Source: Candidatus Micrarchaeota archaeon (GTDB lineage Archaea; Micrarchaeota; Micrarchaeia; Anstonellales; Anstonellaceae). From it: DNA of 38,734 nucleotides. The notes under the pieces were generated by a model. That model saw only the letters and a list, made by a program, of their open reading frames with translations, made no database searches and was not told where the DNA came from. The translations under genes were made by a program, and so were the position numbers. Shown piece after piece: positions 8,768 through 17,643 of this stretch. The DNA is taken from contig JAOAJF010000001.1 in NCBI GenBank assembly GCA_026414325.1, positions 102,090 to 140,823 on the forward strand, in the 5' to 3' direction. The stretch's first letter is position 1, and each line of letters starts with the position of its first letter.

Positions 8768-9442
8768 CTAAAGAATTTTCCCAGCACAAATAACAATTGG
8801 TTTTTTCTTAGAGAAAATTCCATTTTCTACTATTCCACAAATCGAGTTTATTTTTTCCTCCAGTTTAGAGGGATTTTTTATTTCACCAAAATATGCATCC
8901 ACAAGCCAATTTTGATTATCTGATACAAATTTTTGTGAGCCTTCCATTCGTTCAGCAATCTTTTTTACCCCAAGTTTTTTAAGTTGCTTAAAAACAGCTG
9001 CCCTAGCAAATGGAACATATTCTATCGGGATCTCTTTATCTAATACTCCAGATGGAGATATTTTTGAGCTATCTACTATAACTACAAATTTTTCAGAATT
9101 GTAAGCAACTATTTTTTCTCTTACGAGTGCTCCACCATAACCTTTAATCAGGTTTTTATTTTTATCTACCCTATCTGCTCCATCAACAGCAATATCTATT
9201 TGTTCAACATCGTCTAGTGAAACTATTTTCAGCCCAGCATTTGTAGCATTATTTTTAGTACGAGAAGAAGTAGCCACACATTCTATTTTCAATTTTTCTT
9301 CTTTAACTTTCTTTCCTAAAAGTGAAATAAAAATATCTGCGGTCGAACCAGTTCCAAGGCCAACCACCATATTATCTTCAATAAATTCCAACGCCTTTGC
9401 TGCTGCTTGAAATTTTTCCTCCTCTACTCTAAAGCTATCCAT
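8768..9442 (-). CDS. rpiA: Ribose-5-phosphate isomerase A
   Basis: GLGTGST, DGAD, IKGYGGALVREKI and GIVENGIF motifs. Confidence 0.96.
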   Translation of the reverse strand: MDSFRVEEEKFQAAAKALEFIEDNMVVGLGTGSTADIFISLLGKKVKEEKLKIECVATSSRTKNNATNAGLKIVSLDDVEQIDIAVDGADRVDKNKNLIKGYGGALVREKIVAYNSEKFVVIVDSSKISPSGVLDKEIPIEYVPFARAAVFKQLKKLGVKKIAERMEGSQKFVSDNQNWLVDAYFGEIKNPSKLEEKINSICGIVENGIFSKKKPIVICAGKIL

Positions 9443-9511
9443 AACTAATTTGTGCTTGTCTTTATTTTTAAGCTTTAGCTAGAGCCAGGTTGCTGTTTTG
9501 TTTTTTCTTCT

Positions 9512-9733
9512 TTATTTATGAAGATACTGTAATAGGCCCTTTAGACAGAATAACACTCCCAAAACTGCAGAGAGAATTTCTAGTGTTATCACTCTAGCTG
9601 AAAGTGATAAAAGCAAAAGCCCTATTGCAAGATTGAAAAGCCCTTTACCTTCATAAAATCTCTCTCCTTTTATTATCACAGAAGGCATTTGCTCTTTTTG
9701 TTGGCTTTTTTTCACATTTTTCATATTTATCAC
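9512..9733 (-). CDS. Small hypothetical membrane protein (2 TM)
   Basis: Basic N-terminus followed by two hydrophobic helices; fills the gap between rpiA and the divergent gene. The start may be ATG 9724. Confidence 0.6.
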   Translation of the reverse strand: MINMKNVKKSQQKEQMPSVIIKGERFYEGKGLFNLAIGLLLLSLSARVITLEILSAVLGVLFCLKGLLQYLHK

Positions 9734-9804
9734 TTAAATATCAAAAAGAATTAAAATTATAAATCAATCGGTAGTTAAAATTTAGTAAGTATTTTACTTT
9801 TTTC

Positions 9805-10566
9805 GTGGTTTTTATGCTAAATGTTGTTGTAATCTATTCCTATCCTCCAGATGCAGAGCATGGAAAAAAAATATTGGAAGTAGTTCTAAACACTTTAAAT
9901 CAGCAACAGCTAAATTATACTCTAATCGATCTCTATTCGGAAAATTTTAACCCAGTTTTATCTGTTGAGGAATATAAAAACTATGGCAATTATACTTCTT
10001 ATGATGTTGCAAAATACCAACAGAAGCTAAAAGCTGCCCAAATTTATATTTTTCTCTATCCGGTTTGGTGGTCCAGCCCACCAGCAATACTAAAAGGTTT
10101 TATAGACCGAGTATTTTTACCAAATTTTGCATTTAAATTTGAAAACAATGCTCTAAAAGGGTTATTAGATGGAAAAGTAGCTCTTGTTATTTGTAGTTAT
10201 GGTTCTAGTGCTAAAGAGCAACAAGAGCTTGGTTTTATCTCAAAAAAATTTATAGAAAAGGCAGTATTAGAAAGCTGCGGCATAAAAAGCCAAATTTTTG
10301 AGATCTATTCTATAGATAAAATGGACAAAACAGTTTTTGAGCATGTGCTTTTTCAAGTTCCTGGAGCAATAAGCCGAATTATAGCCTTTTATAAGAATTT
10401 GTTTAGAGAACAAAAATCCCTTAAAGAAATGATTGAAAAAAGCCAACAAAAACAAGCCCTTGCCTCAGAAAAATTGCTAAAACAAAAAGAGCTTGAAGAT
10501 TTAAAATATTTTCAAAAAGAGCAAAAAAAAGCTAAACAAAAAGCAAGAAAATCTAAACGCTTTTAA
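9805..10566 (+). CDS. Flavodoxin-like fold NAD(P)H-dependent (quinone) oxidoreductase with basic C-terminal extension
   Basis: DLYSENFNP, YPVWWSSPPAILKGFIDRVF..FAF and GLLDGK (Flavodoxin_2 family). The start may be ATG 9814. Confidence 0.88.
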   Translation: MVFMLNVVVIYSYPPDAEHGKKILEVVLNTLNQQQLNYTLIDLYSENFNPVLSVEEYKNYGNYTSYDVAKYQQKLKAAQIYIFLYPVWWSSPPAILKGFIDRVFLPNFAFKFENNALKGLLDGKVALVICSYGSSAKEQQELGFISKKFIEKAVLESCGIKSQIFEIYSIDKMDKTVFEHVLFQVPGAISRIIAFYKNLFREQKSLKEMIEKSQQKQALASEKLLKQKELEDLKYFQKEQKKAKQKARKSKRF

Positions 10567-10590
10567 ATCTAAAAGTTCAATATTATTATT

Positions 10591-10649
10591 GCCATACGCG
10601 GATGGCACCCAGACAAATGGGAATGAAGAGGCTGTCAACAACGTATGGC
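10591..10649 (+). ncRNA. Candidate structured non-coding RNA of unknown family
   Basis: 32/59 G+C in an AT-rich intergenic region. Nested stems GCCATACG/CGTATGGC, GATGGC/GCTGTC and CCCA/TGGG; the G-U pairs favour the + strand. Confidence 0.55.
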
Positions 10650-10861
10650 TTAATTTGTATTAAAAATAAATAAAAATTATGAATAAAAATTAAAAAACCA
10701 AAAAAGCTTTGAAGATAGTTTATTGTTGGTGCTCATCATGCTTATAAAAAAATTTATTTTGTTTCTTTGGAGTAACTTTTCTATCCAATTAACTCCATGT
10801 CTACTTCAGCCCACATACTAGCTATTTTCAAAGCTATTTTTGGTTTAATTAAGGTGGGAAA

Positions 10862-12250
10862 ATGGCTAAGACATATATAGATACAGTAAAGTATATAGTT
10901 TATGCCTCGTGCGAGATCGATGGCTTGGTAGAAAAACCAGATGTGGTTGGTGCAATTTTTGGTCAAACCGAAGGTTTATTAGGTGACGAATTAGACTTAA
11001 GAGAATTACAAAAAAATGGAAGAATTGGCAGAATAGTTGTAGAGCTACAGCCAAAGGGAGGAAAATCTGTTGGTTCTATAAAACTTCCCTCTTCTTTAGA
11101 TATGGTCGAAACCTCTATTTTAGCAGCTGCATTAGAAATAGTAGATAGAGTTGGCCCATGCGAGGCAAAAATAAAAGTAGAAAAAATAGAAGATACTCGA
11201 AACCTCAAAAGGACAGCTGTAATCGAAAGAGCAAAAGAGCTCTTAAAAACCCTTCTAGTAAATGAGATTCCTGAATCTAAAGAAATATCTGAACAAGTAA
11301 GAGTAGAGGTAAAAGCAGCAGAGCTTTCCTATTTTGGTCCAGAAAAATTACCTGCAGGGCCAAACATCGCTCAATATGACAGTATAATTCTGGTAGAGGG
11401 ACGAGCAGACGTTTTAAATCTATTAAAAAACGACATAACCAATGTTGTTGCTATTGGAGGTGCGAATATCTCAAAAACAATCATCGATTTAACTAAAGAA
11501 AAAGAAGTAACAGTATTTTTAGATGGAGACAGGGGTGGGGACATTATATTAGCTGAGCTTTCTAGATTAGGAGATATAGATTATGTTGCAAGGGCTCCTA
11601 CAGGAAAAGAGGTAGAAGAACTTACAAGAAAAGAAATAATCAAGTGCCTAAGAGCAAAGGTACCTTTCGAGCAAAGAATGGTATTTACAGAAAAAGACAA
11701 TAATTACAAGAACGATAACCACTATTCTTATAAACCAAAGCAATTTTATCCAAATTATCCGCAAAAAAAACAAAAATATCCTCAGCAGCAGGAACAAATT
11801 CAGGAACAGTCTCAGCTAAATTCATCTTTTACTCAGAATTTTTCTGAAGTAGAACAAGAAAATTTTCAACCAAGTATAGAACAAACGGGCTTTGAGCCAG
11901 AAGAGCAAACAAAACTACAAACGGCAGAGGTTACTGCAAAAGCAGAAGGGATAGACGATTTAGAAAAAATAAAAGAGCACTATATGGAAGAATTAGATCA
12001 ATTAACCGGTACTGCAAAAGGAAAGATTTACAAAACTCCAGATGAATTATTATGCGAAATACCTGTAAGGGATATTATAAAAACACTAGAAAACTACCCA
12101 GAAAATATCTTTGCTATCGTCTACGATGGCCTTGTAACTAAAAGATTGGCAGACTTAGCATCTCAAAAAGGAGCTAAAATAATTGCTGCATTTAAATTAG
12201 GCAATATCTCTCAAAAACCAGAAAATTTACTAATCTATACAAAAGAATAG
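10862..12250 (+). CDS. dnaG: Archaeal DnaG-like protein (TOPRIM; exosome-associated)
   Basis: VEKPDVVGAIFGQTEGLLG, VEGRADV and FLDGDRGG. SD GGTG lies 5 nt before the ATG. Confidence 0.96.
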   Translation: MAKTYIDTVKYIVYASCEIDGLVEKPDVVGAIFGQTEGLLGDELDLRELQKNGRIGRIVVELQPKGGKSVGSIKLPSSLDMVETSILAAALEIVDRVGPCEAKIKVEKIEDTRNLKRTAVIERAKELLKTLLVNEIPESKEISEQVRVEVKAAELSYFGPEKLPAGPNIAQYDSIILVEGRADVLNLLKNDITNVVAIGGANISKTIIDLTKEKEVTVFLDGDRGGDIILAELSRLGDIDYVARAPTGKEVEELTRKEIIKCLRAKVPFEQRMVFTEKDNNYKNDNHYSYKPKQFYPNYPQKKQKYPQQQEQIQEQSQLNSSFTQNFSEVEQENFQPSIEQTGFEPEEQTKLQTAEVTAKAEGIDDLEKIKEHYMEELDQLTGTAKGKIYKTPDELLCEIPVRDIIKTLENYPENIFAIVYDGLVTKRLADLASQKGAKIIAAFKLGNISQKPENLLIYTKE

Positions 12251-12293
12251 CAAGATTAATTTTTTATTTTTCTTTCTTTTATTTTTTATATTA

Positions 12294-12365
12294 GGGCCCA
12301 TGGTCCAATGGCTACGACACCTGCTTGACGTGCAGGAGATAGGAGTTCGATTCTCCTTGGGCCCA
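12294..12365 (+). tRNA. tRNA-Val(GAC)
   Basis: GGGCCCA/TGGGCCC acceptor, CCTGC-TTGACGT-GCAGG anticodon arm and AGGAG TTCGATT CTCCT T-arm; followed by a T-tract; CCA is not encoded. Confidence 0.96.
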
Positions 12366-12433
12366 TTTTTATTTTTTTGCTTTTCTAAACATTTTTAAAA
12401 CTTTATACGAGATAAAATGGGGTGTTTATCGAC

Positions 12434-12460
12434 GATTTATAAATCCGAAAGATTTATATA
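12434..12460 (+). promoter_or_regulatory. tfb promoter: BRE (CGAAAG) plus TATA (TTTATATA), with an extra upstream palindromic TATA (GATTTATAAATC)
   Basis: Matches the archaeal BRE/TATA consensus about 50 nt upstream of the tfb ATG. Confidence 0.7.
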
Positions 12461-12511
12461 TCTGCCTATTTATTACTTTATCATCAACTGTTTTTAGTTA
12501 GAGGTGAAAAG

Positions 12512-13420
12512 ATGTCTACAGGCAAATGCCCAGAATGTGGAAGCAAAAAAGTAATTAAAGATTTTGCCAGAGGAGAAATAGTTTGTGGCTCCTGTGGGAT
12601 TGTAATAGAAGAAAACATAGAAGATCACAGGCCTGAATGGAGGTCTTTTGACTCAGAGCAAAGAGAGAAAAGAGCTAGGGGAGGAGCACCAATAAAATAC
12701 ATGAGACCAAATAAAGGTTTAGTTACTGAAATCGATCAGTACAATAGAGATATTAGAGGAGCAAAAATTTCTCCAAAAAAACAAGCACAACTTTATAGAA
12801 TGAGAAAATGGCATAAAAGAGCTTCTATTGCATCTTCTATGGAGAGAAATCTAGCAATTGCTCTATCAGAACTAGATAGAATTGCTTCTTATTTAGGTTT
12901 ACCTGATTCAGTTAGAGAGTCAGCAGCTCTTTTATACAGAAGATGTATAAAGGCGGAATTAATTCGAGGTAGACTGATAGAATCGGTTGTTGCTGCTGTA
13001 ATATATGCAACTTGTAGAATGCAAGGCAATCCAAGAACATTAGAAGAATTATCAAAAGTTTCTGGTATTGAAAAAAAGGAAATCGGTCGAGCTTATCGTT
13101 TTATTAGACGAGAGTTAAGCCTAGATATTCCTCTAACAGATCCTTCTCAATATGTTCCAAAATTTACTGCTGCTTTAAAACTTTCTGGGCAGGTGCAGGA
13201 GAAAGCAATAAAACTTCTACGAAAAGCAATAGGAAAAGGTTTAATTTCAGGAAGAGGTCCAACTGGAGTTGCAGCAGCTGCAGTTTACATTGCTTCAGCA
13301 ATGTGTAATGAGAGAAGAACACAAAAAGAAGTTGCTGATGTTGCAGGTGTAACTGAAGTAACTATTAGAAATCGATATAGAGAACTAAAAAAAGAGCTTG
13401 GTCTAAAGATAGCCCTTTAG
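12512..13420 (+). CDS. tfb: Transcription initiation factor IIB (TFB)
   Basis: Zn ribbon CPECG...CGSCG, PEWRSF B-reader, two cyclin repeats and HTH VAGVTEVTIRNRY. Confidence 0.98.
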   Translation: MSTGKCPECGSKKVIKDFARGEIVCGSCGIVIEENIEDHRPEWRSFDSEQREKRARGGAPIKYMRPNKGLVTEIDQYNRDIRGAKISPKKQAQLYRMRKWHKRASIASSMERNLAIALSELDRIASYLGLPDSVRESAALLYRRCIKAELIRGRLIESVVAAVIYATCRMQGNPRTLEELSKVSGIEKKEIGRAYRFIRRELSLDIPLTDPSQYVPKFTAALKLSGQVQEKAIKLLRKAIGKGLISGRGPTGVAAAAVYIASAMCNERRTQKEVADVAGVTEVTIRNRYRELKKELGLKIAL

Positions 13421-13470
13421 CCAACATTTTTTCCTTTTTCTTTTTTATTTTTCTTCACTTTTTTTTATTA
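13421..13470 (+). terminator. Oligo(T) archaeal terminator after tfb
   Basis: Several T5-T8 runs immediately after the stop codon. Confidence 0.5.
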
Positions 13471-13540
13471 ATCAGATCAGAATTTAAAAAAGAAAGTTTT
13501 AAAATAGTTATAGTTGTTTTTATATTGGGAGGTTGATCCG

Positions 13541-13804
13541 ATGGCAGATGCACCAGCAGGCAAAGAATTTATTTTCAAATTACCAAACGGAACTGTAGTA
13601 GGTAGGGCAAAAAATTTAGAAGAGCTGATCTATCTGATCAAAACCGCACCTATTGATGCAGTGCTCTATCACACAAAAGGCAAGCATTTCTCTCCATGGT
13701 TAGAAATGTTAGGCTTAAAAAATTTAGCAGATAAACTTGCAAAAACCGAGATTAATGATAAAACAGCTCGCCTTACTTTAGTAAGACTTTTACGCTCAAA
13801 ATAA
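13541..13804 (+). CDS. DUF5752-like small protein
   Basis: F.F....G..A.NLEEL...I.......V.YH....HFSPWL...G...LA pattern. SD GGAGG precedes ATG 13541, and a BRE/TATA (GAAAG TTTTAAAA) lies at 13492-13504. Confidence 0.7.
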   Translation: MADAPAGKEFIFKLPNGTVVGRAKNLEELIYLIKTAPIDAVLYHTKGKHFSPWLEMLGLKNLADKLAKTEINDKTARLTLVRLLRSK

Positions 13805-13862
13805 AATAAATTTATTTTTTAATTCCAATTGTTTAATAAATTCTTCTTTTTAATTTTTTATT

Positions 13863-14354
13863 ATGTTAGATTTTTTCTTGGTTTTATTAGCTAGTTTCTG
13901 CGCAGGTTTAGCTGCAAAAGCAGCCGATAGCTTAGAGCAAAAAAGTTTTTTCTCCTATTTTTTTGCTTTTCTTTATGGGTTTTTTTTGTTTATTTTAAGC
14001 TCATTTTTTGGGCTTGCAACTTTGTTTGTGAGTTTAGCATTAGCAAATTTTGTAGCTGGAAAAATAGATAGTAAAACTCATCTCTTTGGTTTTTTTGTTT
14101 TTGTTTTAGGAGTTTTAATTTTTGATTTTAGCATAGATAATTTTTGGTTATTTGGCCTATTTTTTATAGCTGGCTTTTTAGATGAACTTTTTTCCAACTC
14201 AAAAATTTTATTTTTAAAAAATAGGATTTTTTTACCTTTGCTAGCTCTAGCTTACTTCTTATTTTTTTCTAATCCCATTTATTTTTTTTCTATACTCTTT
14301 TTTGACTTTGGCTACAAGCTTTTTATTTTTTTAAAGCCAAAATTAAAGTTATAG
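13863..14354 (+). CDS. Hypothetical polytopic membrane protein
   Basis: About 6 Phe/Leu-rich TM segments with polar motifs KAAD, GKIDS..H and LDE. Confidence 0.7.
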   Translation: MLDFFLVLLASFCAGLAAKAADSLEQKSFFSYFFAFLYGFFLFILSSFFGLATLFVSLALANFVAGKIDSKTHLFGFFVFVLGVLIFDFSIDNFWLFGLFFIAGFLDELFSNSKILFLKNRIFLPLLALAYFLFFSNPIYFFSILFFDFGYKLFIFLKPKLKL

Positions 14355-14365
14355 GCTGAAATTTT

Positions 14366-15349
14366 ATGAATAGAAATGAATTCAATCTTGAATTTTTAAG
14401 TCACTATCCTTTTTTAGCAGAAGCAAAAAAATATGTAGATAGCCTAAAGCTTGAGCTGGATGACTCTATTTTAGAATTGGGTAAAAAAAGGCTTGAAGAA
14501 GGAATAGCCTCAGGTTTAAAACCAATTGTAGAGCTAAACGAGGAATCATTTAAAAATAGTATTTTAGCTTATGCTGCTTCTCGCCTTATTCTATCTAATT
14601 GGAAAAATATTTATATTCGCCAGAGAATGGCAATTGCAGAGTCAAAACTTGCTAGGCACTATCTTTCTACAGAAAACTTTGAAAATCTAAAAACTATAGC
14701 TGAAGAATTTAAAATTTCTTTTAGTGTAGAAAAAGACTTAGTTTACATAGATGTTGTAAGCTATCTTAAATATGCTCCAAAAGATATTCATTATAAACTT
14801 CTTTTTATTCCTCTAAAAGAAGGAAAAGTAAAGCTAACCAAAGATCAACTTACGAGGGTTTTAGAAGAAGCAATAAGGGCAAGATTAGAGGTTTTAGCTC
14901 CAGTCTCATTAGCCTCTAATAAAATCCAGCAGATTATAAAAGAATTGAGCAGTTCCATTCCTAAGCATCGAATAGACCAAATAAAAATAAATAGCCAAGA
15001 CTTTCCACCATGTATAAAAAAACTAATAGCCCAACTTTCATCTTCTATAAACGTTTCTCATTATGGAAGAGTTGCTCTGGCAATTTACTTAATAAAGGCA
15101 GGATATTCAAATGAGCAAATACAAAAAATTTTTTCTTTTGCACCTGATTATAATTTTGAGACTACGAACTATCAAATAGAATTTATTCGTAAAAAAAACT
15201 ACAATATGTTTTCCTGCGCAACAATGGATTCTTTAGGTTTATGCATTGCAGATTGTAAGTGTTCTAATCCATCGCTATTTAGAAGAAAGCTCCATCTTTT
15301 TAATGCGCAAAAAAGTGTTTTAGCTGAAGATGAGGAATATGTCAAATAA
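14366..15349 (+). CDS. priL: DNA primase large subunit
   Basis: YPFLAEAK, FPPCI, SH.GR, PDYN..TT.YQI and Fe-S cysteines in FSCATM...LC..DCKC.NP. Confidence 0.93.
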   Translation: MNRNEFNLEFLSHYPFLAEAKKYVDSLKLELDDSILELGKKRLEEGIASGLKPIVELNEESFKNSILAYAASRLILSNWKNIYIRQRMAIAESKLARHYLSTENFENLKTIAEEFKISFSVEKDLVYIDVVSYLKYAPKDIHYKLLFIPLKEGKVKLTKDQLTRVLEEAIRARLEVLAPVSLASNKIQQIIKELSSSIPKHRIDQIKINSQDFPPCIKKLIAQLSSSINVSHYGRVALAIYLIKAGYSNEQIQKIFSFAPDYNFETTNYQIEFIRKKNYNMFSCATMDSLGLCIADCKCSNPSLFRRKLHLFNAQKSVLAEDEEYVK

Positions 15350-16487
15350 TATAGAGATGCCTGTTTGGTTAAGCCAAAAATTTAAGGAGTATTATTCAAA
15401 AAATTTTATAGAGATTGATCAAATAGAAAAAAGAGAATTTGGCTTTGGAACTTATGATAAAAAAATAGAGTATCGCCACGTTTCTTTTTCTTCAAATAAA
15501 GATTTTAATACAAAATTAGCTCAAGATGGCCCTCTCTATGTTTCTTATTCAGCAGCCTATTATGCCTCTCCTGCAGCTAGGCCTATGCAAAAAAAAGAAT
15601 GGCTAGGGGCAGACCTTGTCTTTGACTTAGATGCACATCAAGATTCTATTCTTATAAGTCCAGAAGAATTGGAAAAACTAAAATCAAAACTTTTTTTACT
15701 TATTGATATTTTAGAGAATGATTTTGGTATTTCTAAAACAAAAATCAAGATTAATTTTTCAGGCTCTAGGGGTTTTCATCTTAGAGTTTTTGATGAAGAC
15801 TTTAAAACATTAGGCAGATACGCTAGAAAAGAAATTGTTGATTATATCGATGCTATAGGTTTAGATCTTTCAAAATTTTTCTATATAGAAAACAAAAATA
15901 TAGTTGGTCCTAAACTTTCAGATTGGGGCTATAGTGGAAAATTAGCCTCTACTTTATATTCAATTTTATCAGATGAAAGCAAAGCAAGCAAATATTTTGG
16001 AAAAGCTTTAGAATTAGAAAAATTTAAACAAAAATATTTAGATGGTCTAAAAAATGGAAACTGGACTTTTTTAGCAGCTAAGCTTTCCAAATCTCCTACT
16101 TTAAATCTTTCTAATGCCGCCAAAAACCTTATTGAAAAGTTACAACTAATTCTAGAGCGAGAGGGACCAAATATTTTTTCTAAAGTAGATACTGATGCAA
16201 ATGTTACAGTCGACACCTCCAAACTTTTAAGAGCAGAAAATACTTTACATGGTGGTTCTGGACTAATTGCAAAAACAATTTTTGATTTAGCTGGCTTTGA
16301 GCCTCTAAAAGATAGTTTAGCCTTCTCAATGAAGAAAACATTAACAGTTCAGGTTTTGAGTGATATTCCTGCTTATGAATTTGGAAATATGAGTTTTGAA
16401 AAATTAGAAAAACAAAAAAAAGTAGAGCTACCTGAAGCATATGCAATTTATTTAGCTTGTAAAAAATTGGTCTTAGTTGTGGAATGA
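15339..16487 (+). CDS. priS: DNA primase small (catalytic) subunit
   Basis: REFGF, YSAAYY..P, DLVFDLD, FSGSRGFH and D..VT.D..LLR...TLHG. ATG 15339 follows GAGG. Confidence 0.95.
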   Translation: MSNNIEMPVWLSQKFKEYYSKNFIEIDQIEKREFGFGTYDKKIEYRHVSFSSNKDFNTKLAQDGPLYVSYSAAYYASPAARPMQKKEWLGADLVFDLDAHQDSILISPEELEKLKSKLFLLIDILENDFGISKTKIKINFSGSRGFHLRVFDEDFKTLGRYARKEIVDYIDAIGLDLSKFFYIENKNIVGPKLSDWGYSGKLASTLYSILSDESKASKYFGKALELEKFKQKYLDGLKNGNWTFLAAKLSKSPTLNLSNAAKNLIEKLQLILEREGPNIFSKVDTDANVTVDTSKLLRAENTLHGGSGLIAKTIFDLAGFEPLKDSLAFSMKKTLTVQVLSDIPAYEFGNMSFEKLEKQKKVELPEAYAIYLACKKLVLVVE

Positions 16488-16490
16488 TTC

Positions 16491-17018
16491 TTAGTAGTTT
16501 TGTTGTTCTTTTACTTCAAAATCTATTAAAATATTTTTTATATTTGTTTTTAGCTGCCGATAACTAACCTTTGCCATATCAAACATTTTTTTTGCTGCTT
16601 TTACAGAATCTGTTTCACTATATTTATCTGACAAATAAATTACTTCTTTAATCCCTGATTGTATTATTACTTTAGCACATTCATTACAAGGAAAAAGTGC
16701 AACATACATTCTACAATCATAAAGCTCTTTAGTTGAATTTAATATAGCATTTACTTCTGCATGAACAACATAAGGATATTTTGTTTCATTTATATTTTTT
16801 CCCTCTCTGGACCATGGAAGTAAATCATCTGAGCATCCTATTGGAAAACCATTGTAACCTATTCCAACAATTTTATTTCTTTTATCTACTATGCATGCCC
16901 CAACTTGTGTATGTGGGTCTTTGCTTCTCTTTGCAGATAGTAAAGCTATTCCCATAAAATACTCGTCCCAGGATATATAGTCTTTTCGTTTAGTAGTTTT
17001 ATCCATTTTTTCCCCCAT
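16491..17018 (-). CDS. dCMP deaminase
   Basis: SWDEYFM, RSKDP.TQVGACI, GYNG, HAEVNAI and FPCNEC motifs. Confidence 0.93.
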   Translation of the reverse strand: MGEKMDKTTKRKDYISWDEYFMGIALLSAKRSKDPHTQVGACIVDKRNKIVGIGYNGFPIGCSDDLLPWSREGKNINETKYPYVVHAEVNAILNSTKELYDCRMYVALFPCNECAKVIIQSGIKEVIYLSDKYSETDSVKAAKKMFDMAKVSYRQLKTNIKNILIDFEVKEQQNY

Positions 17019-17067
17019 TACTCTTTGGAAGATAAAGCATTAAAATATTATTAATATAAATTTATTT

Positions 17068-17640
17068 ATGAAAATCTCCAGGTTTTTATTATTCTTACTA
17101 ATTATCGCTACTATCTCATTCTTTTTGTTTATTAGGCTTTTTAGCTATAGTACTGAACAAGATGCTAAAAAATTTTTCGAAGAAGATCTGGCTTATACTT
17201 ATCCGGATGCCTCAGAAAGAAAAATAATTTCAATAGAAAAAGTCTCAGAACAGTCTAATGAGTATATTCTAAAGGCATGGGTATCAAAAGGTCTGCATAC
17301 TCCCTGCCCAGAAAAAATAGAAGTTCAATATGGTTATCCCTCTAGAAATTTTATTGGAAGTGAAATAAAACTAGTAAAGAGCTGCAGTGTCTGCCAAACA
17401 GATAAAAAGAATTGCCACATACTCTATCCAGAAGAAGCCATAATTGCTTCCCATACTTATGAAGGTACTGAACCAATAAAAGAATTTATAAGAAAAAACC
17501 CAGATGCAACTCCTTCTGTAGAGTTTCTAGAAAATTTTGATGGTTATAAATATGTCTGGAAAATAAATTGGAGCTCTTCTAAAGCTTCATTAGCAATTTA
17601 TATAAACCAGGCTGACAATTCTATTCTAAAAATAGAATAA
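17068..17640 (+). CDS. Hypothetical membrane-anchored or secreted protein, Cys-containing
   Basis: N-terminal signal/TM segment; motifs PCP, CSVC and CHILYPEEAIIASHT. Confidence 0.7.
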   Translation: MKISRFLLFLLIIATISFFLFIRLFSYSTEQDAKKFFEEDLAYTYPDASERKIISIEKVSEQSNEYILKAWVSKGLHTPCPEKIEVQYGYPSRNFIGSEIKLVKSCSVCQTDKKNCHILYPEEAIIASHTYEGTEPIKEFIRKNPDATPSVEFLENFDGYKYVWKINWSSSKASLAIYINQADNSILKIE

Positions 17641-17643
17641 AAA

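Noticed and set aside
10591-10649. SECIS, C/D or H/ACA assignment for the hairpin
   Set aside because: There is no GAA/A motif in SECIS orientation and no in-frame TGA in the upstream gene, no full C and D box set, and no 3' ACA. Left unassigned.
10768-10797. TGGAGT...ACTCCA inverted repeat and short ORFs in the dnaG leader
   Set aside because: Only 6 bp with a long loop, and the ORFs lack SD or coding signal; compatible with chance.
11690-11950. Q/E/N-rich low-complexity stretch in DnaG
   Set aside because: A variable linker between TOPRIM and the C-terminal domain is normal for archaeal DnaG.
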